Assembly (NCBI RefSeq): GCF_000002075.1 | Contig: NW_004797404.1 | Coordinates: 1,232,775 to 1,288,113, forward strand | Direction: 5' to 3' | Origin: Aplysia californica | Lineage: Eukaryota | DNA length: 55,339 bases | Shown here: positions 1-13,340 of the stretch, piece after piece | How positions within the stretch are numbered: position 1 is the first letter of the stretch | Layout of the letters: every line of letters starts with the position of its first letter | Notes under the pieces: model-generated | Seen by the model: only the letters and a program-made list of their open reading frames with translations | What the model was told of the DNA's origin: nothing | The model's database searches: none | Translations under genes and position numbers: made by a program

Positions 1-18
1 AAGAGATGTATACGTCTT

Positions 19-73
<55 letters not shown>
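19..73. repeat. (GA)n microsatellite
   Basis: Direct inspection. Confidence 0.95.
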
Positions 74-76
<3 letters not shown>

Positions 77-759
77 TGTGTGTTTGTTTGAAAAAAAATC
101 ACACAAAATGAGTAACACGCAACCAAATTAAATTATTTTTGAAAACACGAATTGTTTTAAGACTCATCTAAGAATGTGGAAGCTTTCGAAACTCTGCGTT
201 TGGCATCAGTATCAAGTTGGGGCAGAATTCCCTTTTCATCAGACAGTAACATGAACACCACGTGATGCTCTAAAGTGGTTGCACTTTGAACACAACTTTT
301 GATTCTGAAACACAGGCTGAGTAAATAGCAGCGTAATAAAAGGCACTCTCGGAACCTTTGTTTATCAGTAGACAGGTTCAGCTTGATGAGCGTCTTGTAA
401 CAGCAAAGTGGCAGGCTCTTTGTGGGCTACATGTTTACTGCGATCAAAAACTATACCATTTTTGTGTTCGATCGTTTCGTCTTTTATTAAGATAGTTGAT
501 AACTTTTTCGAGAACTAAATTTAGATATTGGTGCATTTAACAGATATATCTACATGAATGTATTTTTTAAAGCATAAATGTTTCTTTCACGACTGAAGTT
601 TTATAACAAAGGTATATTCCAAAAGTCGCACATCAAATGTAATGTGTATTCAACACAGCCGTGCATATCCTGCGCATAGAACACATGAGTCTGCAAATGA
701 CAATCGGCAAATCCTGTCCGACCGGTACTCAATTGGATTCAAATCTTAAGAAAGGACAT

Positions 760-1090
760 GCTGTATTTCCATTAGAGAGACGTTATTCTGGATTTAAAAG
801 AACAAAAATGGTAGCATGGGGGCATCGCCGTGTTCGAATGTCATGGGCGGATGAACAAATTTTAGTTGTAGTGCTTATTGGTCTTCAACCTTTATTTTGG
901 AACCAAGATGTCTTTCGAGAACACGACAGTGCTCCGTTTCCTGTTGGTCCATCGGCGGTGTAACTTTGCTCACTTCATCCAAGTCCGACGGTGTCTTGAT
1001 TGTAAACGTTTTCTGTGTGCAGGTATCCAACCAAACTACAATTTCGAATTTCTTCAGTCAGCGACAAATAGTAAGCTGGCTGACAGATAA
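760..1090 (+). mobile_element. Highly degenerate Tc1-like transposase fragment
   Basis: HRRVRMSWA resembles Tc1 HRxxRLxWA; later RFLL and CAGI resemble SRFxL and WAGI; multiple frameshifts. Confidence 0.35.
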
Positions 1091-2847
1091 AACTCTATAA
1101 CTATATTAAATCTACTGTTTTGCGGAACAGCAGTCCTGGGACGATTTCTTATGTGCACTATCCTGATGTACTCGTATGTCTTGGGCTTGCGGTGATACCC
1201 TTGGAAGATCAATTTTGAGCCAGTCTTAAACTGCCCCAGTCACAGTACAAGTAATAAAATACCAGTACATTGGAATAGCGGTTTCTAAAATATACCGNNN
1301 NNNNNNNNNNNNNNNNNNNNNNNNNNNNNNNNNNNNNNNNNNNNNNNNNNNNNNNNNNNNNNNNNNNNNNNNNNNNNNNNNNNNNNNNNNNNNNNNNNNN
1401 NNNNNNNNNNNNNNNNNNNNNNNNNNNNNNNNNNNNNNNNNNNNNNNNNNNNNNNNNNNNNNNNNNNNNNNNNNNNNNNNNNNNNNNNNNNNNNNNNNNN
1501 NNNNNNNNNNNNNNNNNNNNNNNNNNNNNNNNNNNNNNNNNNNNNNNNNNNNNNNNNNNNNNNNNNNNNNNNNNNNNNNNNNNNNNNNNNNNNNNNNNNN
1601 NNNNNNNNNNNNNNNNNNNNNNNNNNNNNNNNNNNNNNNNNNNNNNNNNNNNNNNNNNNNNNNNNACAAACTTTGAACAAATAATGTTCTACCTTTGTAT
1701 TTATAATGAACATCAATCAACGTATTTCAGAAATAAATGTCAGGTTTTTAAAATGTTATCCAAAATTGGATAAAACGCAAAATTTTACTTCTTAAAAGCA
1801 TGCAGCAACAGTTTAGTGATCATCCAGTTCTGGTTTCAGGTCTAGAGCGGCAAAACCATTGGTAACATTTTGGAGATATTTGGCGAGGACAGGATGCTAG
1901 ATCTATACTGTTGAGGCCTGGCTCCAGTGGGGTGGGGCCTCGCACCAAACATGAAAAGAAATTCTAATGTTTGAGAAACTACATTTACGCCGAAAGCTTA
2001 CAAATGAACGTTTATTGTATTCACCCGACTTGAACCCCTTCAATTATTTCGGCTGTTTTTTATTTGTTGTTGTTTTTTGACAGAGTTTGCGGAAGCAACC
2101 TACAAATAAGCGAACAGGTGCAAGTCAGGTGTATTCTAAATTTCCAGTGACGTGTTGGAGCTTGTTTAGAGAGAAATTACACTTGGAGCATACAATTTAT
2201 TTAGGACAGCCTTCCCTGAGTTTAGTTGACACCATCAATTGTTATCAATGTTTCTTCATAGCATAGATAATGGCTATTTAAAATAGAACAACATGGTTGA
2301 TTTTGAAGCACATGCAAAAAGTTCACCCAATTTAGGCTGAAATTGTAAAGTAAAAATGTTTTTCATATATGTGATTTGACTTTCTTCATATTGACAAATA
2401 TAACGTCTTCCTCTTTAAATCTTTATTTTATTTGAAATTTTGTTGAAATCGGTTACAAAATGACCTAGTCATTACACTCGATATGGGTCCATTTTAGACA
2501 CAAGGTACATTTAATTCGTTCGTTCTGCAAATTTACACTTTAAATAAACAAGAATATGAAAACACAAACCACGATTTCATATATTCTTATTTTCGGTACA
2601 CAAGTAGAGTACACCATTGTCTACCATCATAACCCATGTATTCTTTAAAAAGTAACAGATGACGAAATGGATCTGGGTTAACAAAGTTCAAATGGCGAGT
2701 CAAGAGGTTCAGTGGATGTACTCAGAAGCCTAAAAAGAAATGAATAAAAAATAATATGCCCATTGGAGTCAGAGTGAGGAATTAAAAAAAGTCCCTCTGG
2801 ATTCTTTCTTCTACGTGTACTTCTAGCCACTGTAAATACATAGTATA

Positions 2848-3345
2848 GGGGGCTCTCGTGGCCAAGAGGTTAAGGTGTTGGCCTCTCATTCAACGATCCC
2901 GGGTTCGAATCCGAGTAGCGACCAAAAAATTTCTTCTCTAAAATTGTCTCCTTTAACCTCCTGTCCAATGTTCTGTGGTCCGCTTTCGTCTCCTCTTTTT
3001 GCCCCCACCCCTTCACCTACTTTGCCCCTTCCTCTGGGCTCCTGACTCTTTCTGCAGCCTTTCTACTGCTACTCCTTGACTCCTTCTTACTGCTGTCTTT
3101 TAGCCCCACCCTTGATCTTCTGGTAGGAAAGATCTACACCTAGCCTTCTCGGACAAGGGTGAAAAATCTCGAATGGCCCCGGTGCATGTTGTGCACGTTA
3201 AATATCCCTTTGTTGGTCTAAAATCGATAAAAGTAGGCTTCACTCTTGGAAAAATATAAAAATTCCTACCAACTGAAAAAGTTTAAAGTGTCCTGCGCGC
3301 TCATATGACCTTATGCAGCTGCGAGCGCCATAAAACACGTGCAAA
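2848..3345 (+). mobile_element. tRNA-derived SINE (family A), full length
   Basis: A box TGGCCAAGAGG, B box GGTTCGAATCC, 3' tail CATATGACCTTATGCAGCTGCGAGCGCCATAAAAC; 13-bp TSD AAATACATAGTAT at 2834-2846 and 3346-3358. Confidence 0.92.
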
Positions 3346-5547
3346 AAATACATAGTATGCTATTCGTGTGTTTCCCTCTGCAAAATAAGATTAATAAAGT
3401 GCATTAATATGCTTTTGATATTTTTAGAACAGAGATGACTCTGAGTTCGGCGAGTCATTGATAATCAGAAAAAAACCTATTCAAATATAATGACACTTTG
3501 TTCTGTTGATGGTACGTGCAACTTATGATTCAGCGAGGAAAGAAATCAAACATTTCCCCAGTGTGGATGAATTTTTTATCTCCATTGCCATCCTTCTGAA
3601 ATGTTTTTCAAGACGGCCATATAAGACAGTGCACATGTGTATTAAAAAATCCTAAATACGAGCTACAGAAGGCATTTAAAACTATAACAAATAAGATGTG
3701 TGAATGTGGGTCGAATTTTCCTTATGGTCAAGAGTCCTCATAAACTGAAGGTGTGATTTTAAAGACTGAAATGTATTCATGGAATTTTAATAAACTTTAA
3801 AGAAACCCCCCCTCTATTTTATTTGTTGCTGAATTTTTGTAGCTTGTTTTGTGACATTTTTGGAAGTTTGAAAAACGTATTGCGCACCTGCATCACAATT
3901 AGTACTATTAAGTGATGTTTGTATCTTTTTTTTAATTTTGAAAGTTATCATTTTTTCTTAAAGTAATTCACNNNNNNNNNNNNNNNNNNNNNNNNNNNNN
4001 NNNNNNNNNNNNNNNNNNNNNNNNNNNNNNNNNNNNNNNNNNNNNNNNNNNNNNNNNNNNNNNNNNNNNNNNNNNNNNNNNNNNNNNNNNNNNNNNNNNN
4101 NNNNNNNNNNNNNNNNNNCGTCTTTAATCTGTGTCTTTTTTCAGCAGTAAGTCATTAATGCCAGACCAGGCCAATAACCAAAAAAAAAATCATAATGAAA
4201 TTATGGTGCTGTCAAAAATTCTAGCCACAACTTATCTTCAAATATCTCCTAAACGGGTGAGTCAGTGCCTTCCATATTAAGCACAGCTGTTTTAACATAG
4301 TCATATTTTGTCCACAATAATAAAGGCTAAAATACAATATAAAAACACTTCTTCATAAATTCATCAATTTATATAAAATACTATAAATCTCCGTCAAGCA
4401 AAAAAATTGGATTATTCACAGCACTTCCTGCTTCTCACACACATTTTGTATGCGCATGGCCTACGTCACATCTCACCATTGACACTTAATAGTGGTTAAA
4501 TTTGTTACGAGAAATTAATTTTATAGTGAACAATTTTTTTTGCACTAAATGTTCTCAAAAACACGAATTCAACAATAAGCATGTCGCGATCAAAAATAAA
4601 ATAACTGATTTGCTTTTAGAAATGATATTGTCCCATCTGTAAACCTTTTTACTTCTGTGGAAACCATGCAGTAGGATTTTAATAAATAGTAATTCAGGAA
4701 TGCTTTTGAATACAGCTAACAGGACTTACAAAAATTTTAATCTGTTGAGACAAAATGATACAAGTCGTTGTGGTAAAGCTGGAAACAACATGTTCCAAAG
4801 CTGAAGAAATATTTGACAATAAGTTGAGTCACACATTTTTTACCGCACTATAAGGATAACACAAAGAGCAATGGAAAGAAAGATGCTGGGCATAAGAATA
4901 CAAGCTCAAGTAAATCATACAAGAATAAGAATGAGAGCAGTAGTGACAGATACCCTCAAACTTCTACCCCCACCCCCTACAAAAATATAAATGTGCGGGC
5001 AACATAGGCAGAGTGGAAGCAGCAGATGGTCTAAATGATTCCCGAATGCTGACCAAGAACAGGAGAAGAATCAAGAGGAAGACCGGAAAGAAGACCGCAC
5101 AATGACGTCAAAGTGTTCACAAGTAAAAGGTGCCCCCCCCCCCCCTCCTTAAGACGGCTGACAAAACAGAAAGGGGTGTCATTGTTGGGGTTTTTTATCC
5201 TGCAGCAGACGGACGAAGTCTAGANNNNNNNNNNNNNNNNNNNNNNNNNNNNNNNNNNNNNNNNNNNNNNNNNNNNNNNNNNNNNNNNNNNNNNNNNNNN
5301 NNNNNNNNNNNNNNNNNNNNNNNNNNNNNNNNNNNNNNNNNNNNNNNNNNNNNNNNNNNNNNNNNNNNNNNNNNNNNNNNNNNNNNNNNNNNNNNNNNNN
5401 NNNNNNNNNNNNNNNNNNNNNNNNNNNNNNNNNNNNNNNNNNNNNNNNNNNNNNNNNNNNNNNNNNNNNNNNNNNNNNNNNNNNNNNNNNNNNNNNNNNN
5501 NNNNNNNNNNNNNNNNNNNNNNNNNNNNNNNNNNNNNNNNNNNNNNA

Positions 5548-5583
5548 TACACACAGAAGCACATTCACACAAACACACATACG

Positions 5584-5644
<61 letters not shown>

Positions 5645-5663
5645 GCACACACGCGCGCACACA
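5548..5663. repeat. (CA)n microsatellite
   Basis: Direct inspection. Confidence 0.9.
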
Positions 5664-6979
5664 CTGACGTCCGATAGAAACCTGAACATGTATTCAGCCA
5701 ATCAAACAGTTTTAAGGAGTGGGGGGGGGGGGGGGGGGCTACACCTGAAAGTTATCTTGCTTATTACTGGACAACATTTTATCATATTTCACAAATATAA
5801 CAAGCATAGAAAGGAGTCTTAAACTCCGCAATCAAATTTGAGAAAAAAGTTTTGTTTCCATGGATACGGCGGAAATATTGCATTTTGTTGACATGTCTTA
5901 CGTAATGAATACCGCACTTATTGCTCATGGAAATTCATAATTTTTTTGCATGCGTGTTAACAAACATACAATCTAAAAATTTGTCCTTTTTTTTTTTCTT
6001 AAACGAATTAGAAAGTTTTTAATGAATTTTTTCCTGAGGTAGTATTCAAGTTTGCAAAAAATCCGTAAAAATCCACACTCCAGACACGACCAATAAAAAA
6101 TCTATTCCATATATCAAAAATTCAACATACCAATGTTTAGTATTATCGTGAAAATTTCATGAAGATTGGATAAAAAATGGTGGAGTTATTCAAGAAAGTA
6201 AAGAGAAAAGTCGCGTTTTGAGAAAACGGCCGATAAAAAAAAATAAAATATTGACTTAATGAGGAAATGATGGTAACAAACATGGCCGGTTTGGGAAAAA
6301 ATACGGTTTTTGGGGGTAATTATGCAATGAAGCAGTTGTAGGAGAGGCTGAGAAGGCTAAAAATGCCTACAACTCAAATTCCATAATATTGAACCGAATT
6401 GGGACTTTTAAAGCCTAGAATCACCTACTCTTGGAGCATACCAATTCAAAGCTGTCTGCAACATTTCTTCTTCGACTATAAAAGTCACCCGAGATAGGGC
6501 CAGCCAAAATTAAGCTTAAAATGTGCTGGAGGTAAAAAGAAAGGTGAAACTTTTTGATTGCGTAAAAATATCTAGATTTTTTTGTCTTTACGCTTTTACT
6601 TTGATGTTAGTAATAATTATAGTGTAAAAAGTAGGTCATGTTATAGAATAATATGTTGGTGCTTCAATTTATGTTCACACCACCAACACCAATTTTTTAA
6701 AAAAAATTAATATTTTTCCCGAAAACGATTTTTCCGTTCTTTGTTTATCAAAATGAAGTTTCGGTGTTTATTTATCAAAAGCCAAAATCACCTTTTATCA
6801 TTGTCTCCCAAGAAGCATGGTAGGTTTAACTTAAAATCAGATAAATCAAGCCATCGGCGTGCTCCTTGCGTTTCTGCTATTATTGCAGGACAGCCAACGA
6901 TAATGTTGAATGTCCTTGCAGAAAAAAAAGGAACACATACAGTGACGTCCCAAAGAAACTTGAAAAATGTATTCACCCA

Positions 6980-7535
6980 GTATTACCTGTATTACCTGTC
7001 CTGGGCAACAACGTCATTGCACACCGGACAGGTCCATAAGAGCTCAGTTCCCCCCAGCACCAAAGACGCAAGGTATCCATACTGATTATTCCGGTGGCTG
7101 TCTGATAATGGCGACGTCTTTCCTTTCCAGATAATCGTTCCTTTCTTCCTTCTCCCCTCTCTATCCCCATTTCCCGCATCCTAATGATTGTGTGGTGTTC
7201 TGCTGTATCCTTGTCTTCTTCATCCCGCAACTTTTTCTCCAGGGTCTTCAACACTTCTCCTTTGTCAAATTTCACCTCACCATCAACCACGACACTGCCT
7301 GCCAGCCTATCAGCCTCCCCATTGCCTTTCACTCCATAGTGCCCAGGACAGAATATCCAGGTGATGGCTCTAAGTGATGAGTGTTGTATTGGGTTCATCC
7401 ATTCACTCCGAAGAAGCCCTTTCTCAACCCTTCGCAAGATGCTCTGGGAGTGCGTGACAATGATGAGATGAGTTGTTCTTGGTCTTGTATTATGAGGCCA
7501 TCCAAGTAATCCACCCAGTAATCGTGATAAAGCCT
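6980..7535 (-). mobile_element. 3' fragment of I-group (Ingi/Nimb-like) LINE with RNase H domain
   Basis: IIVTHSQS...ITWIFCPGHYGVKGNGEADRLA RNase H motif; short (GTAATACAG)n-type tail at 6980-7000. Confidence 0.82.
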
Positions 7536-8641
7536 CGCACAGCTCATTCATGCAGCATACCAATTTAAAGCTAAATAAATTCGACACCATATGACAATCT
7601 TTTTTTTCATGTACAACAGGAGCCGCCAAAGATATGGTCACTCAAAACTGACCTTAAAAAATCATGCTTGGCGAAATTGTGTGAAATCAAACAAACTTGA
7701 AACTACTTTTGGCCTTGCATTTGAATGCATAAACATCAAATTGGTAGTATGGAATGGACGTCTATTGCATATCGCATGAGTGGGGAATATATTTGTATTT
7801 GCAATAAACATTTTATTATTATATTTTTAGACTGATGGGAAACAGAGAAGTCACGAATCCCACCTTTGCATACAATTAAATGCGTTCATTCGTAAATTCG
7901 GTTTTCGAGCCTTTGGTTATGTAAAGAGCAGAAACCTTTTTTGAGCCAGTACTGTTTTAGTTCAATTTTGAACATAATCATCTGCCATTGAGGAATATTT
8001 GTTTTGAGGATTACATCTCACAAGTGTTGGAACGTCACGTTGTTCCCTTAGTTTCGCCATGGTGTTATAATATGTGGACATCTTTAAACACGACAAAGCT
8101 CCTTCTCACAGGGCCAACGCCTTTAGACATTTCTCCGAGAAGCAAACTATGCCCACAACGGATTGGCCATCAGTAAAGGGTCCCGATTTAAATTGAGACG
8201 TTTTGTTTGCTACTTTCTGTGACATTCGAGATGATGTGACAGATAATTGTGTCCAACATTTAACACAGCCCATGCCTAAAGGGTTCATACTCTTTACAAA
8301 ACCATTAAAAAGAGCACATGAAATGTTTAGGTCCAAGTTTACTTGGTATTTGTGACTAAGTTGTGTTCCAATCTGTTTTAAATTATCGTATTAAATATCC
8401 ACCAATATTGGTGTTCCTCAGTACAAGCGCGAACACACGTTTATGTTTCTTTGATTTCACACATTTTGGCCAAGCATGATTTTTTAAAGGTCAATTTTGA
8501 GTGACCATATCTGGGGCAATTCCTGTCGTGGATGAAAAATGAATAGGTCGTATGGTGCAGAATTTGTTATCCTTTAACCTGATATGCTGCATGAGTGGGT
8601 AGTGCAATGTACTTGGGTTAATACATTTTCAAGTTTCTTTT

Positions 8642-9155
8642 AATGGAAACTGTTTTACGGGCGACGGAACTACATAAGGTCATATGAGCGCACGAGACAC
8701 ATTAAACATTTCCAGTTGGTTGGAAATTTTAAATTCTGCCCGAGTGGCGGCTGAAGCCTACACTTACAGATTTTGGACCACCAAGGGATCTTTAACGTGT
8801 GCAACTTGCACACAGGACCTCCAAGATTTGTTCCAGAAGGCCAGTCAGGTGTGGATCTTTCCTACCAGAAGATCAGGGGTGTGGCTAAAAGACAGCAGTG
8901 AAAAGGAGGAGCCTAGGATTAGAGGTAGAAAGGCTGCAGAAAGAGTCGGGAACACAGAGGAGGGGGCAAAGGAAGTGAGGGGGTTGGAGCAGAAAGTGGA
9001 GACGAAAGCAGACCACGGAACATTGTTAGAGAGCAGGACAGGGTGTGGAAGAGAAAAATATTAGAGAAGAAATATTTCCGTCGATATCCCGATTCGAACC
9101 CACGACCTATTGAATGAAAGGCGAACACCTAAACCTCTAGGCCACGAGAGCCCCG
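8642..9155 (-). mobile_element. SINE family A copy
   Basis: Reverse complement of 2848-3345; 11-bp TSD AAGTTTCTTTT at 8631-8641 and 9156-9166. Confidence 0.92.
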
Positions 9156-9339
9156 AAGTTTCTTTTCGACGCAACTGTATATTATGTACATGCATGATTA
9201 TTTATTAATTGATATCAATCACAATGTATACATTTTCATTTTTCTGTGTTGTTGTTTTGCTTTATTACATTAAATTTATGTATAATTTTTACAGGGAGGT
9301 TCTCATTTTCCTATGAAAGTGAATTTTCTGTTTGGTCCA

Positions 9340-9441
9340 ATAATTTTTACACGAGTATTATATTAAAATGTTCCAGTTGTATTCATCTTCTTGGATCGTG
9401 GCTATGGGCGACAAAAGAGAAAATCAGGGGTGTCACCTCAT
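9340..9441 (-). pseudogene. Possible decayed cathepsin first coding exon (signal peptide + start of I29)
   Basis: MR*HP*FSLLSPIATIQEDEYNWNILI*YSCKNY aligns by eye to MIKLAIFALSVAVASANTDA-NWLIFKAKYNKEY (54827-54927); paralogous copy at ~19640-19780. Confidence 0.3.
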
Positions 9442-9920
9442 GTGACTTTACAGGCACCATGCTATACAGAGGTCACTTTTTGACTAATGAAAACATGAAA
9501 GATGAACGAATTAAGTAAAGAGTGATTAATGAATGAATGCAGAAATAAATAATTTAACGTTGACAGAAAGAGCTGGGTTTGTTTGTTTGTTGTTTGTTTG
9601 TTTTTCTTTTTTCCTTGGGTGGTTATCAGATTAATACGAATTTTGTAAAATGCGTTATAAAGTTTAATTATGGACTGTGCTAATATAATTATTCTCTTTC
9701 GCTTAACTGAAAAGAGTAACCCCACGATGATGACTCACGGGTATCACTTTGAAGTTGTTTTTATCTGAAATATTCTCTTTACGTCTAATAATAATTTGTG
9801 GTCTTAATATTTGATATTCTGGTACAAAATAATATGAAACCTCATTAAGATCGATACGTTTCGTACGTGTGTGCGGTGTACATTTACTGTAATATGATAA
9901 TGATTTGAAGTGATAAGGAA

Positions 9921-10027
9921 GTTGTTAACATCAATTAGATAACAGGTCGAGATAGCAACACCACACTTGTTCACCATGCACTTGCCCATCATAATGTAGC
10001 CGTTCAAACACTTTGAGGAGCACCAAG
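9921..10027 (-). pseudogene. Degenerate cathepsin L last exon (copy T1)
   Basis: TTTTTAG acceptor, then W...LNGYIMMGKCMVNKCGVAISTCYL; one-base frameshift after the acceptor. Confidence 0.8.
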
Positions 10028-11711
10028 CTAAAAAGAGATCATAAAAATAATGCTATCAAAATTATACTCTGGTTACAACTTTGCACGTTAAAAACAAAAA
10101 TCCGAAGGATATCGGAATCAATTTGATGTGCTTATCTCGTTTTAAAGTGGACAGCAAAAGAAAAAAAAAGAAGTTTAGTTGAGTTATCTTTGTTTAAAGT
10201 CACGGGACCTTTGTTTACTCCCCTTTTTGCGGTTAAAACTTTTGATAGGCTTTCAAAACTTATCTTGACCTTGATCGGGTATCACGCGCTCAAGTTGAGA
10301 GGTACACAAGTATTATTAATGACGCTAGGAAAATCGATATATAAAATAAGAGTTCACTAATGAACGGTGCAAAAAGGTTCCATCTACAGCCCCAATCAAC
10401 AGCCCTTGTATGTAGCAAAACGAATGGTATCTTTACATGATTTGTTCTCGCGGTTGGCAGTGACAATAAAATGCATGACCGGCGACTCTCAATTCTTTGC
10501 AGTGACCGAAAAGCTCAAATATTTCCTAGATTTCTGTTTTGTTTGAGATGAATTTTAGGTGTTTTTGTTCGCAGTTGGTTGTGATATTTTGAAAGCTGCT
10601 GGCAAGTAAACGTAATGGATTGTGTCAGTAAAAGGGGGATGATTATATGTTGGAAAAATTTCAAGTATCTGTCATTTCAACCAACACTGAGTAAAATACT
10701 GAATTACATAATTTTGACAAGTAATGCATACATATTTCATTAACTAATAAATGTATTCAATATTGGATGTGCCATAAACAGCATACAAAAAGATTACTTT
10801 TCCAAATTGCAAGGTTTTCCTTTGTTGTTTTTTTACAGACATATTCTACGGAAACAACTCACAAGCAATTAAACAGTTAAAACTAAGTGTTGAACTGGAG
10901 ATCCAAACTGTCGAGCAAAAGGCTATGCAAAATTTTAAACAGGGTATATGAGCTATTTTGGATTGTCAACACCTGGAGCAAATGCAATCTAAATATCCAG
11001 GAACATCCGAGGGTTTGATTTGCAATGTCAGTTTTAAATAAATCGATTGTTCTTGAACTCACAGATACACATAGTGATTGGCTTTTAAAAAGTAAAGCTT
11101 TTTCGTTTTTACGCACTTTTCTCTTTCTTTGTTATTTTTTTTTTTAATTTTAAAACTTGACATTTCTATTTCTTGGGCACGTAAATCGAATGGTCTCATA
11201 TTCATAAATATGACTCATCCTTGGTTAAATATTAAGTGTTCATAATTTTGTTCAAATGGAGGGGAAGATTTGTGCTTTTAGCCATTAAATCTGCCCTCTT
11301 TTTCACGACGAGTGTGAATGACTAAAGGAAAGAACGGGAGAAAGAAAGAAGGATTAAAGAAACGAATGGATGAATAAATTAATAATGCCACGTCCTTAGT
11401 GGTTACAATGTGCTGGTTAGTGGGGGTGGGGGGTGAAAATAGGGAAAGTTTGTGAGGTCGGGTCCACATGTTCAAATAACAACGACAAAGTCAAAAGCAC
11501 AAAATATAGACCTTACACCATTCAATGTTCTCAGATACAAATAATGTGTTCATTATGGGACAATACAAAGGTGACAGTTGCCTAGTGGTGACATTAAGAG
11601 AACGAATTTTTGTTTCTTCTAACAATACATTTTAGCATGGATTACTTTTTATAAGAAACAGAAGTATATCATTCAAACAATGCACATAGCTATTGTGACA
11701 AAAATAACATA

Positions 11712-11817
11712 TTAGTTGACACGGGTGGGATAGCTGGCTGCGGTAGCAATACCGCACTGGTTGTCCTTGCTCCTGCTCCTCAGAATGTAACCGTCCGTGC
11801 CCCAATTAGTCTTCCAG
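11712..11817 (-). CDS. Cathepsin L-like last exon (copy T2, open frame with stop)
   Basis: TTACAG acceptor; (S)[34 protein letters not shown]; phase compatible with exon 14249-14415. Confidence 0.85.
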
Positions 11818-12548
11818 CTGTAAACAGATTTTTGAAATTGCTACATAAGGATCTGAGCTAACACAGTGACACCTGTGTTTGTTTAAATGCAGTGTTAAGC
11901 AGGAACTAACAACGAGGTTAAGGAACACATCCCTAAAGCTGAAAGGCGATTCTGCATTACTTTTGTTAGGGGGCGAAGAGTTTTTTTGAGAGATGACGTT
12001 GTTTGTTTGCAAGGCANNNNNNNNNNNNNNNNNNNNNNNNNNNNNNNNNNNNNNNNNNNNNNNNNNNNNNNNNNNNNNNNNNNNNNNNNNNNNNNNNNNN
12101 NNNNNNNNNNNNNNNNNNNNNNNNNNNNNNNNNNNNNNNNNNNNNNNNNNNNNNNNNNNNNNNNNNNNNNNNNNNNNNNNNNNNNNNNNNNNNNNNNNNN
12201 NNNNNNNNNNNNNNNNNNNNNNNNNNNNNNNNNNNNNNNNNNNNNNNNNNNNNNNNNNNNNNNNNNNNNNNNNNNNNNNNNNNNNNNNNNNNNNNNNNNN
12301 NNNNNNNNNNNNNNNNNNNNNNNNNNNNNNNNNNNNNNNNNNNNNNNNNNNNNNNNNNNNNNNNNNNNNNNNNNNNNNNNNNNNNNNNTATAAGTGACAG
12401 TTGCCTGGTGATGCCCCTTAAAAGAAAGAATTATTTCCTTCTAACGCTACATTTTGGCAAGAGTTATTTTTAGTAGAAACAGAAATATGCCATTCTTATA
12501 CTGAAGATGGACAAACAGTGCACTCAGTCATTGTGACAAAATAACATA

Positions 12549-12617
12549 TTAGTTGACACTCATGGGATAGCTGGCCGTGGTAGCAATACCGCACGGGTTG
12601 TCCTTGCTCCTGCTCAT
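12549..12617 (-). pseudogene. 5'-truncated cathepsin L last exon (copy T3) with paralogous 3' flank (12392-12548)
   Basis: MSRSKDNPCGIATTASYPMSVN*; no acceptor or SWG portion; 12392-12617 is similar to 11570-11778. Confidence 0.85.
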
Positions 12618-13134
12618 CGGTCATTAAAAACGCAAAGCTTTACTTTTTAAAAGCCAATCACTATGTGTGTCTGAGCTTTCAAGAACATCAGATTTATTTA
12701 AAACTGACATTGCAAAGTACTGACATGCCGTAAGGAGTTGTGCCACGCAAAAACATTTTACTTTTTACATTAATTTGGAAAAAGAAATTCACAAACACTA
12801 GATCTAGATCTAGACCATTTGAAAAGGTTAAATGAAACACAATGTTTAATAACCCGAAGGAAAGGGGGGAATGAAAATGTGTAATCTACTTGACATTAAG
12901 TACATTGTTTACCTTCATTTGGTGGAAAAAATGAGCGGGAGGAACACATTCAACANNNNNNNNNNNNNNNNNNNNNNNNNNNNNNNNNNNNNNNNNNNNN
13001 NNNNNNNNNNNNNNNNNNNNNNNNNNNNNNNNNNNNNNNNNNNNNNNNNNNNNNNNNNNNNNNNNNNNNNNNNNNNNNNNNNNNNNNNNNCCTCTTAGTC
13101 AAAAACAAAATGTTCTTCTTTAAAGTGACATCTT

Positions 13135-13340
13135 ATGTCCACCTTGGCTGTTCTATATTCCCCTTATGTCACCTTCTTTCATCTCCACTTCTTTCTCCTA
13201 TCCCTAGCCTCCTCTGTACGATCTCTTGACTCTTTCTATTGCTACTCCTGTCTGGCTTTTTCTTACTGCTGTCTTTCAGCCATACCCCTGATCTTCTCTA
13301 AGAAAAGATCTAACACCTATTCTTCTAAAATCAGGGCAAA
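13135..13340 (+). mobile_element. SINE family A internal fragment
   Basis: CTTACTGCTGTCTTTCAGCC...GATCT core shared with other copies. Confidence 0.75.

Larger units (their letters stand above)
6940..9177 (+). mobile_element. Tc1/mariner DNA transposon relic with ~200-bp TIRs, interrupted by a LINE fragment and a SINE
   Basis: TA|CAGTGACGTCCCAAAGAAACTTG at left and AAGTTTCTTTTCGACGCAACTG|TA at right; 7540-7690 is an inverted copy of 8450-8600; internal remnants YISQVLERHVVP and WPSxxxPDLN (8010-8200). Confidence 0.82.

Noticed and set aside
2848-2925. tRNA gene (also at 9080-9155, 45950-46025, 47588-47665)
   Set aside because: A/B boxes are heads of multi-copy SINEs with bodies, tails and TSDs; no proper cloverleaf.
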